Program-made: the position numbers and the translations under genes | Shown: positions 7,837-18,604 of the stretch, one piece after another | Layout of the letters: every line of letters begins with the position of its first letter | Position numbering within the stretch: position 1 is the stretch's first letter | From: an uncultured Anaerolineales bacterium | Lineage (GTDB): Bacteria; Chloroflexota; Anaerolineae; UBA7937; B3-Chlor | DNA length: 64,000 nt | Reading direction: 5' to 3' | Assembly: GCA_964433755.1 (NCBI GenBank) | Contig: CAYSSR010000002.1 | Span: 81,419-145,418 of the forward strand | Notes under the pieces: model-generated | What the model saw: the letters and a program-made list of their open reading frames with translations, nothing else | What the model was told of the DNA's origin: nothing | Database searches by the model: none

Positions 7837-10800
7837 TCACCTGTCATCGGCCAGCAATCCGCCAAACATGTCCAGCGTCTCTTCGGATGGTCCAGTCCCC
7901 AACTCCTCTTCGAGTATCCTCTGCAGCGTCCCTAGTTGCTTGACAGCCCCAGCCCGATCACCCATCTCGAGAAAAGTGCCGATCAGTTCGCGATGGATGT
8001 CCTCTCGGAGCGGGTCCTCGTCCAGGAGTCTATGGCAGGACTCAACGGCATCCTCGAGTCTACCCTGTCCCCGGCAGTAGCGTACCAGGTCCTCCAAAGC
8101 CTGGTGGTACTCTCGTCGAAGGGAATCCCTCAACACATCGGTCCACTCTGAATAGACGTCCTCCAGGTAGTCCCCACGGTAGAGGGAGATCGCTTTCTGT
8201 AGATAGGTCAATCGCTGCGCCCTCGTTGCCTTGCTAGCCTTGGCCAGATTGCGACGAAACTCGTCGACGTCATACTGGTATCTTCTCGACTCTAGCCGAT
8301 ACGCGCCGCCTTCGTACGAAATGGCATCAGTCCCTCCGAGGAGACGCCTCACCTGGAACAAGTAGAAGTGGAAAGTACTGTGCGCCTTGCCCACAGAAAG
8401 ATCAGGCCACAGGGCCGCCACGATCTGGTCCTTCGTCACCACCGGGTGAGCCAAGAAGAAGAACAGCATCTCCTTGGCCCGCAGGCGCAGCTCCTGCGCC
8501 TCGACCACCTCACCATCTCGACAGACGGTGGATGAGCCAAAAGCACGAACGTCAACAGGCGTCGGCGTAACTTCGGCAGGCTCCTTCGATGCCGTCCTGC
8601 TCGCTGGCTCAGTCCTTCCAAGGAGCCTTCTCAGGAGATCTCTGTGGCCCTGTAGTGCCGTCTCTCCCATCGCATACTCCAGCAGCGGACGGCTTCCAGT
8701 GCCCTCGTCGAGCAGCAGTGGATCAAACCCAGACTTGGCGATGATGTCCAGTGCGATCTCCAGATTCAGCATCGCCTCGCGCACCGACTCCACACCGAAG
8801 AGGACGGCGGCCAAGTGGAAACGAGCCTTTGCCAGCTCCTGCCGGGCGCTGCCATCCTGAAAACTGGACACCGCCTGTTCAAGCGTTCGGAGGGCCTCTT
8901 TGTCCTTTCCCTGCACATGGAGCAGAATGCCGCGCGACGCTTGACAGAGGGCCACCTCGTGGTCGGACGCATGTTCGTACGCCTTCTCGATGGCCTGTTC
9001 CAAGAGCTCATCAGCTCTCTCGAAGTTGTGCTGCGCCCGTTCCAGGTTTCCCACAGCGTCCCACACGTACCTGACCAGGAAACCCTCATCGGCCTCCTCG
9101 GCTAGTGCGAGCGCCTTGTCGTACTCTCCTCTTGCCAGGCCGTATTCTCCCCTTGCGCGATACACATCGCCGATCGTAGCCCTGGGATAGGCTTGATGAC
9201 GTAGCAATCCCAGGGACTGGCCCTCATTCAAAGCCTCCTGAAGGGTGTCCAAGGCCTCGTCGAACCTCTCCTGGCGGTAGTAGGCCACGCCGATGTTGTT
9301 CAAGGTCATGGCCATGGAACCCCTCGCACCTAGCCGACGCCAGACCGCCAGAGCCTTCCGGCTGTAGTGCAGATACTTCTCGACATCCACCGAATAGTAG
9401 ATCGTCCCGATGTCGTGCAGAGTAACGGCCGCATCGTACGCGCGCTCTTCTCCAAGCTTCTCGAACAAGGCCAGTGCCTTCAGGAGTTCCTCGAGGCCTT
9501 GCTCTAGCTGCCCCAGCAACCCGTAGCAGACACCCAGAGTCCTATGAGCCTTGGCTGTCAAGACCCCATCTTCGGTGCCAGCAATCAGCGACAGTGCTTC
9601 CTGAGTCTTGGAGATACCCTCGGAGTACTCGGAGCGAAGGCGATGGATAATGGCCTCCTGGAGCAGGGCTTCGACCGTTCCCAGCCTTTCTCCCCTCTCC
9701 GAAAAGCCCTCTTTGGCCTGCTGAAGCGCGCGTATGGCATCACCCAGACGACCGGAGTCGGTCAACACCTTGGACTGCCAGAAGTAGATCCACGGCGAGG
9801 AAGTCACCTTCCCGTTCAGAGAGTCGATCCAGAACAGCAGACTGCTCCATCTTCCTGAACTGAACGCCCAGGTGACTACCTCTTCGACCAACTGCTGAGC
9901 TTCGTCGTAGGCCTCGGCATCCAAGTAGTGGCGAATCGCCTCGTCCCAGTTCTCCCGGGACTCGAACATGTGACCGGCTTTGAGATGGAGCGCTGCATAG
10001 CGATCTCCATCCTCCCGAAGCTTGGACCTCAGGAACTCCTGGAAGAGTTGATGGTACCGGAACCAATCCTCACCATCTGTGGCCAGCCTGGAGACGAAGA
10101 GGTTCTTGTCCTCCAACAGCGCCAGCATCTCGCGCGCGTTGTCCGTGCCCAATAGCTCATTGCAGAGGGAGGGGTTCATGCGTTGAAGGACTGAGGACGC
10201 CATGAGGAACCTCTGCACATCCGGTGGCTGCTGCTCCAACACTTCCCGAGCCAGGTAGGCGAATATCTGGCTACCGTCCCCCTGGGCCAGCGCCATGGTC
10301 TGTAGCAGCCCCTTCCAGAGGGTGTGGGTGGTGAGAAGAATGGCCGTAATCCAGCCTTCAGACTTCTGCGCCAGTCTCTCGGCCTCGTCGGCGGGCAGAT
10401 CCAGATTGTGATTCTGTCGAAGCAACTGCTGGATCTCAGGCCCAGTGAACTTGAGATCGTCGTTCCCAAGCCCCGCCAACTCCCCGCGCGCCACCAATTC
10501 TATGACGGGGAGTCCAGGAGTCGTGGTCCTGCTGGCGAGCAGGATATGACAGTTCTCCGGCAAGCGACGTAGGAGGAAACTGAACAGCGAGGTCACTTCC
10601 CTGGAATCACTGATCAGGTGGAAGTCGTCGATTACCAGGGCAAAGTAGTCTGGGATGGCCTCATAGATCTCGTTGACCAGAGTCCCGGCAACGGACCTGA
10701 GCCCTTCAGCACGGATGCCCTCATTGAGAGCAGCCAGAGCCCTCGCGCCGAACTCCGGAAAGCGCTCCTTGATGGAGGCCACCAGGTACTCCAAGAACAC

Positions 10801-11034
10801 CCTGGGATCGCGATCCCACTCATCCAAGGAGTACCAACAGATGGGCAGATCGGTATCGTGAGCATAGTCGGTCAGTAGAGAGGTCTTGCCGTAACCAGCC
10901 GAGGCGGCAATGAGGATTAGCTTGCGGTCGATGTGCTCGTGGACGAAGTCGACCAGCCGCGCGCGATGCAGCAGATCGCGCCGCTTTCCAGGTACAAGGA
11001 CCTTGGTCCTGACGATCGAAGTCTCCACGCTCAT
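7837..11034 (-). CDS. Large transcriptional regulator: MalT-like STAND ATPase, TPR array, and C-terminal SARP (OmpR-type wHTH + BTAD)
   Basis: N-terminus VRTKVLVPG..LILIAASAGYGKTSLL (Walker A). Central TPR-like repeats. C-terminus VDVRAFGSSTVCRDGEVV...DQIVAALWPD...FYLFQVRRLLG...YRLE...YDVDEF plus a BTAD helical region. ATG 11034 follows GGGAGAGAG. Confidence 0.8.
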   Translation of the reverse strand: MSVETSIVRTKVLVPGKRRDLLHRARLVDFVHEHIDRKLILIAASAGYGKTSLLTDYAHDTDLPICWYSLDEWDRDPRVFLEYLVASIKERFPEFGARALAALNEGIRAEGLRSVAGTLVNEIYEAIPDYFALVIDDFHLISDSREVTSLFSFLLRRLPENCHILLASRTTTPGLPVIELVARGELAGLGNDDLKFTGPEIQQLLRQNHNLDLPADEAERLAQKSEGWITAILLTTHTLWKGLLQTMALAQGDGSQIFAYLAREVLEQQPPDVQRFLMASSVLQRMNPSLCNELLGTDNAREMLALLEDKNLFVSRLATDGEDWFRYHQLFQEFLRSKLREDGDRYAALHLKAGHMFESRENWDEAIRHYLDAEAYDEAQQLVEEVVTWAFSSGRWSSLLFWIDSLNGKVTSSPWIYFWQSKVLTDSGRLGDAIRALQQAKEGFSERGERLGTVEALLQEAIIHRLRSEYSEGISKTQEALSLIAGTEDGVLTAKAHRTLGVCYGLLGQLEQGLEELLKALALFEKLGEERAYDAAVTLHDIGTIYYSVDVEKYLHYSRKALAVWRRLGARGSMAMTLNNIGVAYYRQERFDEALDTLQEALNEGQSLGLLRHQAYPRATIGDVYRARGEYGLARGEYDKALALAEEADEGFLVRYVWDAVGNLERAQHNFERADELLEQAIEKAYEHASDHEVALCQASRGILLHVQGKDKEALRTLEQAVSSFQDGSARQELAKARFHLAAVLFGVESVREAMLNLEIALDIIAKSGFDPLLLDEGTGSRPLLEYAMGETALQGHRDLLRRLLGRTEPASRTASKEPAEVTPTPVDVRAFGSSTVCRDGEVVEAQELRLRAKEMLFFFLAHPVVTKDQIVAALWPDLSVGKAHSTFHFYLFQVRRLLGGTDAISYEGGAYRLESRRYQYDVDEFRRNLAKASKATRAQRLTYLQKAISLYRGDYLEDVYSEWTDVLRDSLRREYHQALEDLVRYCRGQGRLEDAVESCHRLLDEDPLREDIHRELIGTFLEMGDRAGAVKQLGTLQRILEEELGTGPSEETLDMFGGLLADDR

Positions 11035-11182
11035 CTCTCTCCCTACCAAGGCGACAAGTGGCTGTCTCTTGCCGCAATGCCATCCCTGTTAGGGACCCGG
11101 CGATCTTGACTCCGCCCACTCCTTCCGCCAAGCAACCCTGTCTGGGCTCCAGCGTATTCGATCCACCCTCAGCGCGGGCTTA

Positions 11183-11926
11183 TCAGAAACGCCGCCAGGG
11201 CATCACGGCTGGGAAGAGCAGCTTGAAGAACTCCTTCAACGACTCCAACGTCTCCTCATCGGACTGGGTAACGTTGGCGTGTAGCGTCAACGAGAGGATA
11301 CCATTGTCGGGAACTCGCTCAGGGTCCGTCCAGAGATACCAGTAGAGAATGACACGGTTGAGCTCGCCCTTCCCGGCAATCACACGCTGCACGCTAACAG
11401 AGGAGGTACCCAGTTCGATACTCTCCAGCCCGACATCTAAGATCCGCCAGCCACTGCCTGGATAGCACGTCAAGGCGGTGTGCTCGAACAGGTGAAAACT
11501 CTTGCCCCCCCTGCTGCCGATAATGGAGAAGAACAGGCTCTCACCGTCGTCAGCGGTGTACTGTCGCGTCGTTGCGATCTCGGGGTCATCGTACCACTCA
11601 TCCACTGATCCACCCATCTGAGCGTCCGGACCCTCGGATCGCCAACGCCCAAGTTCCCGGGGTATCTCACTGAACAAGTCCTCTCGCAGAGTAAAGTCTA
11701 CCGCGGTGGCTAGGGCTCGCTCGTACGAGGTTCGCCGATACCATCCCTCCACGTCAACGATCACCACGTTGGTGGCGTCACTGGCCATGGCAGGAGCCGC
11801 TTCCGCTGGGTCGACCACGCTAGCGACTGGCGAGGAAGTAAGCTGGCGTGACAGTACGAGCCACCCTCCGAGAGCGCCCAGAAGCAGCAGTACGACGATC
11901 AGATATCGCGTCGAATCTCCGAACAT
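11183..11926 (-). CDS. Exosortase-associated EpsI-family protein
   Basis: N-terminal TM helix, H..E....CYPGSGW and VILYWYLW motifs typical of EpsI. Overlaps the end of the exosortase gene by 28 nt. Confidence 0.65.
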   Translation of the reverse strand: MFGDSTRYLIVVLLLLGALGGWLVLSRQLTSSPVASVVDPAEAAPAMASDATNVVIVDVEGWYRRTSYERALATAVDFTLREDLFSEIPRELGRWRSEGPDAQMGGSVDEWYDDPEIATTRQYTADDGESLFFSIIGSRGGKSFHLFEHTALTCYPGSGWRILDVGLESIELGTSSVSVQRVIAGKGELNRVILYWYLWTDPERVPDNGILSLTLHANVTQSDEETLESLKEFFKLLFPAVMPWRRF

Positions 11927-12732
11927 CCTGCCAACCTGCTAGCCAGTATGAGCAAGCCGAAGGCCAAGAGGAAGAGAACTGGACTCGAGTAGTCGTGAAA
12001 GTACCTCATGCCAGCTTCTGCCCCAAAGACGTGCGCTATAGCCAACAAGGATGACACGCGAAAGATGTTGGCCACTATGGCAATAGGGACGGACAGCAGC
12101 AGCAGCACAGTCTTCGCGCGATAGGATCCCTCCAGAATGTAAACGAAGATCACCACAAGAGTGGCCAGCGCCACGATGGAGTTCAGCCCGCTACAAGCAG
12201 CACCCACCACGAAGCTGGAATCCTGAAGTTGAATCCGAGAACCCTGGCTGACCGCAGGAATGCTCAGGAGTCTGACGACGGAAGTCGAGACCGTGGCCGT
12301 GAAAGACTCCAGAGCCGGGCTCACCCGATTGATGAGCGGCACTGGAATCATGAACAGCAGGAACGCTAGCGGAAACGTTATCTCCCGTGTGGCTCTCTTC
12401 CCAAGGAAGTAAAGCGCCAGCCCGAACAGCAACAGGATGAAGGCTACAGCCGACAGATGGTACGCTTGCCAGACCTGAGCCACCAGAAAGCCCACCAGAC
12501 TGACCCCCAACACCAACAGACCGGCGTTGCTGGGCTCCCGACTGTCACCTCCAAATACTTCCCTCTTTCGCCAGAGGAAGAAGGCGGATACCAAGGGCAC
12601 CAGGAAGCCATGGGAGTAGTACGAGTTGTTGAGCCAGTTGTAGGCTAACCAAGTGAACGTGGAAGAGAACAGGAGTGTCACCAGCCCCAGAATGATCACC
12701 CCTCCCACGATATCTCGTTTAGCGGCCTTCAT
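11899..12732 (-). CDS. Exosortase (Xrt) family transpeptidase
   Basis: YYSHGFLVPLVS, catalytic-type GAACSGLNS, and IVANIFRV...IAHVFG (Arg and His motifs). About 8 TM helices. Start set to ATG 12732 (MKAAKRD) because the predicted promoter lies downstream of the track start at 12777. Confidence 0.8.
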   Translation of the reverse strand: MKAAKRDIVGGVIILGLVTLLFSSTFTWLAYNWLNNSYYSHGFLVPLVSAFFLWRKREVFGGDSREPSNAGLLVLGVSLVGFLVAQVWQAYHLSAVAFILLLFGLALYFLGKRATREITFPLAFLLFMIPVPLINRVSPALESFTATVSTSVVRLLSIPAVSQGSRIQLQDSSFVVGAACSGLNSIVALATLVVIFVYILEGSYRAKTVLLLLSVPIAIVANIFRVSSLLAIAHVFGAEAGMRYFHDYSSPVLFLLAFGLLILASRLAGCSEIRRDI

Positions 12733-12767
12733 CCAGTTCACGCCCCACACTTGACTGTAACAAAGCA

Positions 12768-12797
12768 AGTATATCATTCGCGTGCTCGATGTGTCAA
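12768..12797 (-). promoter_or_regulatory. Putative promoter of the exosortase-EpsI operon (-35 TTGACA, 18 nt, -10 TATACT)
   Basis: Minus-strand TTGACA at 12797-12792 and TATACT at 12773-12768. Divergent from the gyrB promoter. Confidence 0.45.
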
Positions 12798-12967
12798 ACT
12801 CGCTGGGCAGTCCCCCTCGACGCCTCGGCTGTCGCTGAGCCAGTGTTGCGCGTGCTGCTCAGGTCCAGGGTTCAGTGCACGTGTGTCGACACACACCATA
12901 TATGGTACCCAAGGGCCCTGCACCCACCAGATGTTGTGATCAGGTCCGCTTTGAGCCATCATCCGCC

Positions 12968-12996
12968 TTTCCAAATCACCCGAGTTGTGGTAGAAT
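12968..12996 (+). promoter_or_regulatory. Putative gyrB promoter (TTTCCA/TTCCAA, extended -10 TGgTAGAAT)
   Basis: TAGAAT at 12991-12996 is preceded by TGG. GAAGGAGG lies at 13011-13018 and the GTG start at 13032. Confidence 0.4.
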
Positions 12997-13031
12997 TGAA
13001 GTAGATGGTGAAGGAGGTTTACAGACAGTAG

Positions 13032-14945
<1,914 letters not shown>

Positions 14946-14998
14946 TTGCTGTGCCCCGGGCAGGATGAGGGAGTCCGGGTGCGCAAGAGACATCGCCC

Positions 14999-15622
14999 AT
15001 GGACAGAGAATCTTCACCGGTCCCTGCCCCGCGAAGGGCGGTTACGGGAGCAATGCCCTTGATGAAACAAAGCGAGAACGGCTGCTGCGTGATTCCCTCC
15101 AGGTTTGGTGAGACGACACTCGTCTGGAGAGAAACAGAGAATGGACCCAGAGTAGTCGAGATCGTGCTGCCCCTCAAGCGCGCGGAGACAGCCGACATCC
15201 CTGCTGCGCGCCCACGATACCCGGCGCTCGATCGCCTCTGCCAGTCCATCGAGCTCTATCTCGAGGGTGAGAACGTCGAGCTACCCACCGACCTCCTCGA
15301 CCTCGGCTCGTGCTCACCGTTTCAGCAGACCGTGCTTCTTGTGGAGAGGACCATCCCCAGAGGACGCGTCGCCTCCTACAGCGGGCTGGGACACCACATC
15401 GGGCATCCCAAGGCCGCCAGAGCCGTGGGAACCGCCCTGGCCCGCAACCCGTTTCCCATCGTCATCCCCTGCCACAGGACCCTGCGGAACGACGGCAGCC
15501 TTGGCGGCTTTGGCGGGGGCCTGGACATGAAACGGGCCCTGCTCGAGATGGAGGGCGTGGCCTTCGACCAGCACGGCCGAGTGAAGCCGGAGTTCCTCTG
15601 GGACTTCCGCGCTCGTGCCTGA
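14999..15622 (+). CDS. ogt: Methylated-DNA--protein-cysteine methyltransferase (MGMT/Ogt family)
   Basis: Active-site PCHR in NPFPIVIPCHRTLRNDGSLGGF, preceded by GRVASYSGLG...KAARAVGTAL. Confidence 0.85.
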   Translation: MDRESSPVPAPRRAVTGAMPLMKQSENGCCVIPSRFGETTLVWRETENGPRVVEIVLPLKRAETADIPAARPRYPALDRLCQSIELYLEGENVELPTDLLDLGSCSPFQQTVLLVERTIPRGRVASYSGLGHHIGHPKAARAVGTALARNPFPIVIPCHRTLRNDGSLGGFGGGLDMKRALLEMEGVAFDQHGRVKPEFLWDFRARA

Positions 15623-15793
15623 GTTGGGGTCTCTCGCTGGCGGTTTGTATCTTCACCAACGCTGGCTCCGACCAGCGGCAAAGCTAGTCAGGCCGACGTG
15701 CCTCCCCGATCCTCCCGTCTCACAGACGGTCTCCATCAAGAACTCTGGCTGAGTCGGGGTACTCAGCCGTGAGCCACCTTCGAGTGCAAGCCA

Positions 15794-15822
15794 TTGACCA
15801 GCGGCCCACTCCCGCGTATACT
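15794..15822 (+). promoter_or_regulatory. Putative promoter (-35 TTGACC, 17 nt, -10 TATACT)
   Basis: TTGACC at 15794-15799 and TATACT at 15817-15822, about 100 nt upstream of ATG 15922. Confidence 0.45.
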
Positions 15823-15921
15823 TGCCTGCAAGCAGCAGGCTCTAGGCAACAATCTGTGCGGAGTTGAAGGTGTCGCGTAGGGCGCACTGGCAGGAGGAGC
15901 ATCAGCCCTCAGAGCAGAACC

Positions 15922-16650
15922 ATGGTCGATCGAGCCCGAATTGATATTCTGGGGATCAAGATAGACGATGTGACCAGTGAAGAAGCCCTCGCCAGGATAG
16001 AACAGTTCGTGGCGGACGGGCGTCCTCACCTGGTGACAACCGTGAATCCGGAGTTCATCGTCGCAGCTCAGACCGACGTTGCCTTCGCGGAGATCCTCAA
16101 CCAGGCAGACTTGAACCTCGCCGACGGTCAGGGCTTGCTGTGGGCAGCACGCCTGCTGGGCGGTTCTCTCAGGGAGCGGGTAACCGGCGTAGATACTCTG
16201 GTCAGGCTGGCCGAGCTGTCGGCCAAGAAAGGATACGCCGTCTATCTCCTCGGAGGAGCCGAGGGTGTCGCTGAGGCAGCATCGCAGGTACTGAGCAGCC
16301 GCTTCCCCGGGCTGCGCGTAGCCGGTACGTATGCGGGGTCCCCTGCGCCCGAAGAAGACGACGGCATCGTAGAGCGCATTCGCCGTGCCGATCCGCAACT
16401 GCTCTTCGTGGCGTACGGTGCGCCCAGACAGGAGCAGTGGATCGTCCGCAACATGCTCCGGCTCCGGGTCCCTGTGGCTATGGGAGTGGGTGGAGCGCTC
16501 GATTTCATCTCGGGCAAGAGCTCCCGGGCGCCCGTATGGGTGCAGCGGTTGGGTCTGGAATGGCTACATCGTCTGGCCCATGAGCCATGGCGCTGGCGCC
16601 GCATGACAGCGCTGCCCAGGTTCTGCTGGATGCTGCTGCGCGCCAGATAG
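15922..16650 (+). CDS. WecB/TagA/CpsF-family glycosyltransferase
   Basis: IDILGIKIDDVTSEEAL..., LVTTVNPEF, NLADGQGLLWAAR, YLLGG, FVAYGAPRQEQW. Confidence 0.85.
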   Translation: MVDRARIDILGIKIDDVTSEEALARIEQFVADGRPHLVTTVNPEFIVAAQTDVAFAEILNQADLNLADGQGLLWAARLLGGSLRERVTGVDTLVRLAELSAKKGYAVYLLGGAEGVAEAASQVLSSRFPGLRVAGTYAGSPAPEEDDGIVERIRRADPQLLFVAYGAPRQEQWIVRNMLRLRVPVAMGVGGALDFISGKSSRAPVWVQRLGLEWLHRLAHEPWRWRRMTALPRFCWMLLRAR

Positions 16651-16676
16651 GAAACTCAGAGGAAGGGAAACCCACC

Positions 16677-17528
16677 ATGGACTTCACTACTCTCATCTGG
16701 CTCTTCTTCATCTTTGCAGCACTGACGCCTGCCCTCCAAAGACGATACCAGGAGGCGTGTAGACGGTTCGTCATCCAGCGCTTCGAGAAGAAGCGGCGAT
16801 CCCGCGTAATTACGCTCATCCACCGTCAGGAGACGATGAGCTTCCTGGGCATCCCGTTCTCTCGCTACCTCGACGTCGACGACTCAGAACAGATTCTGCG
16901 CGCGGTGCGCCTGACGCCCGAGGAGATGCCGCTGGATCTGATCCTCCATACACCAGGCGGGCTGGTGCTGGCTGCCGAGCAGATCGCGCAGGCTCTGGTC
17001 CGGCACAAGGCGAAGGTCACGGTCCTCGTGCCTCACTACGCCATGTCAGGAGGCACCCTTCTGGCCCTGGCCGCTGATGAGATCGTGATGGATCGTAACG
17101 CTGTTCTGGGCCCAGTAGACCCACAGGTGGGCGAGTACCCAGCAGTGTCCATCCTCAAGGTTCTGGAGAGGAAGGACATCAACGAGATCGACGACGAAAC
17201 GGTGATCCTGGCAGACATGGCCGGCAAGGCCATGGAACAGGTCAGAGACACGGTGAAAGAGATACTGGAAGGCAACGCCATGCCGCAGGAGGAGGCGCGC
17301 CGCCTCGCGGAAACGCTGGCTAGCGGCAGATGGACTCACGACTACCCCATCTCCCTGGAGGAGATCCAGAAGCTGGGACTGCCCGCTCACGACGACATGC
17401 CCAACGAAGTGTACGCTCTGATGGATCTATACCCGCAAGCGGGAGGGCGTCGTCCGTCGGTGCAGTACATCCCTACGCCCTATCAACCTCCAGAGAGGAA
17501 GGAAGGAGGCAAGGGAGAGAGAGGATGA
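16677..17528 (+). CDS. Membrane-anchored Clp-fold serine protease (SDH / serine dehydrogenase proteinase family)
   Basis: N-terminal TM helix, ILHTPGG, and HYAMSGGTLLALAADEIVM. ATG 16677 follows GGAAGGGAAA. Confidence 0.7.
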   Translation: MDFTTLIWLFFIFAALTPALQRRYQEACRRFVIQRFEKKRRSRVITLIHRQETMSFLGIPFSRYLDVDDSEQILRAVRLTPEEMPLDLILHTPGGLVLAAEQIAQALVRHKAKVTVLVPHYAMSGGTLLALAADEIVMDRNAVLGPVDPQVGEYPAVSILKVLERKDINEIDDETVILADMAGKAMEQVRDTVKEILEGNAMPQEEARRLAETLASGRWTHDYPISLEEIQKLGLPAHDDMPNEVYALMDLYPQAGGRRPSVQYIPTPYQPPERKEGGKGERG

Positions 17529-18241
17529 TCCCGCTTGGCGACAGTGTCCCCTCCGAACGCACTCCTTTCGTCACCTACACACTCATCGCCATCAGTGCGC
17601 TGGTCTTCTTCTGGGAGCTGCTGGCGGGGCCCCATGCGGAGGAGTTCATCACCGCGTGGGGCACCATCCCGGCCCAGATCGTCGACTGGCAGCAAAACCC
17701 TGGGGTGCTGTCTACCCTGGTGACTTCGATATTCCTGCATGGCGGGTGGCTGCATCTCATCGGCAACATGCTCTATCTCGCTGTGTTCGGCGACAACGTC
17801 GAAGGGATCATGGGCCACCGGCGTTTCCTGTTCTTCTATCTGACGTGTGGTGTCGCCGCGAACCTGGCCCAGATCGCCATAGCACCCTCCTCGACGGTGC
17901 CGGGTATTGGGGCCAGCGGCGCCATCGCTGGGGCGCTGGCCGCGTACTTGCTGTGCTTCCCGAGGGCACGCGTTTTCGTGGGCATCCCCCTTCTGGTGTA
18001 CATGGAGGTGATCGCTCTGCCTGCGATCCTGGTGCTCGGATTCTGGTTTGTGGTGCAGTTGTTCAACGGGGTGGCCACGGTCGGCGCGTCCAGCGAGGCG
18101 ACCATGGGCGGGATCGCGTGGTGGGCCCACATCGGAGGCTTCATTGCCGGGCTGCTCCTGACACCAATCCTGCGCCAGCGAAGGCGACACCGTTTTCTCT
18201 ACCTCGACACGATGGATCGCCGCCATCTAGGCCACCAGTAG
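17525..18241 (+). CDS. Rhomboid-family intramembrane serine protease
   Basis: HGGWLHLIGNMLYL, catalytic GASGAIAG, and HIGGFIAG. ATG 17525 overlaps the upstream stop as ATGA. Confidence 0.85.
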   Translation: MIPLGDSVPSERTPFVTYTLIAISALVFFWELLAGPHAEEFITAWGTIPAQIVDWQQNPGVLSTLVTSIFLHGGWLHLIGNMLYLAVFGDNVEGIMGHRRFLFFYLTCGVAANLAQIAIAPSSTVPGIGASGAIAGALAAYLLCFPRARVFVGIPLLVYMEVIALPAILVLGFWFVVQLFNGVATVGASSEATMGGIAWWAHIGGFIAGLLLTPILRQRRRHRFLYLDTMDRRHLGHQ

Positions 18242-18303
18242 CGCTTCTCCCCTCGGGCGAGCTGCCGATCCACCGCCCCGGATCCAACGAATCGTGAGAA
18301 GGG

Positions 18304-18332
18304 TTGCAGAACGGCCCACGATGTGCTAGAAT
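18304..18332 (+). promoter_or_regulatory. Putative promoter of tRNA-Gln (-35 TTGCAG, 17 nt, -10 TAGAAT)
   Basis: TTGCAG at 18304-18309 and TAGAAT at 18327-18332. The tRNA starts at 18350. Confidence 0.5.
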
Positions 18333-18349
18333 GAAACGGCAAGCATCGC

Positions 18350-18421
<72 letters not shown>

Positions 18422-18535
18422 CTTTCTAGAGGAGGCGAATAGCCCTTACTACGAGATCTTCGTAGTACAGAGCGTGATGGACGAGGACCCACCCAGTACG
18501 GGTAGCTGTCGATTGCCGCTCCACAGCGGCCCAAG

Positions 18536-18585
18536 GCCGAGATCCTGCCTCGCGTCCGGCGGACGCGGGGTGATCTTGGCTTTTT
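18536..18585 (+). terminator. Intrinsic terminator (compound hairpin plus T5)
   Basis: GCCGAGATC (18536-44) pairs with GATCTTGGC (18572-80). Inner stem is CGCGTCC-GGC-GGACGCG, followed by TTTTT at 18581-85. Confidence 0.6.
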
Positions 18586-18604
18586 CCATTTATGGGGAGG
18601 TTTC

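Noticed and set aside
7837-11034. The large STAND ATPase as an Avs-like antiviral NTPase.
   Set aside because: Its non-ATPase terminus is a SARP-type DNA-binding and BTAD module rather than a nuclease, protease or TIR effector. A candidate cognate repeat/-10 site lies right next to it, which points to a transcription factor.
12778-13031. Replication origin or DnaA-box cluster near gyrB. A near-consensus box gTATCCACA also occurs at about 22302-22310.
   Set aside because: Only isolated single matches were found. There is no cluster of boxes, no AT-rich unwinding element and no dnaA/dnaN nearby.
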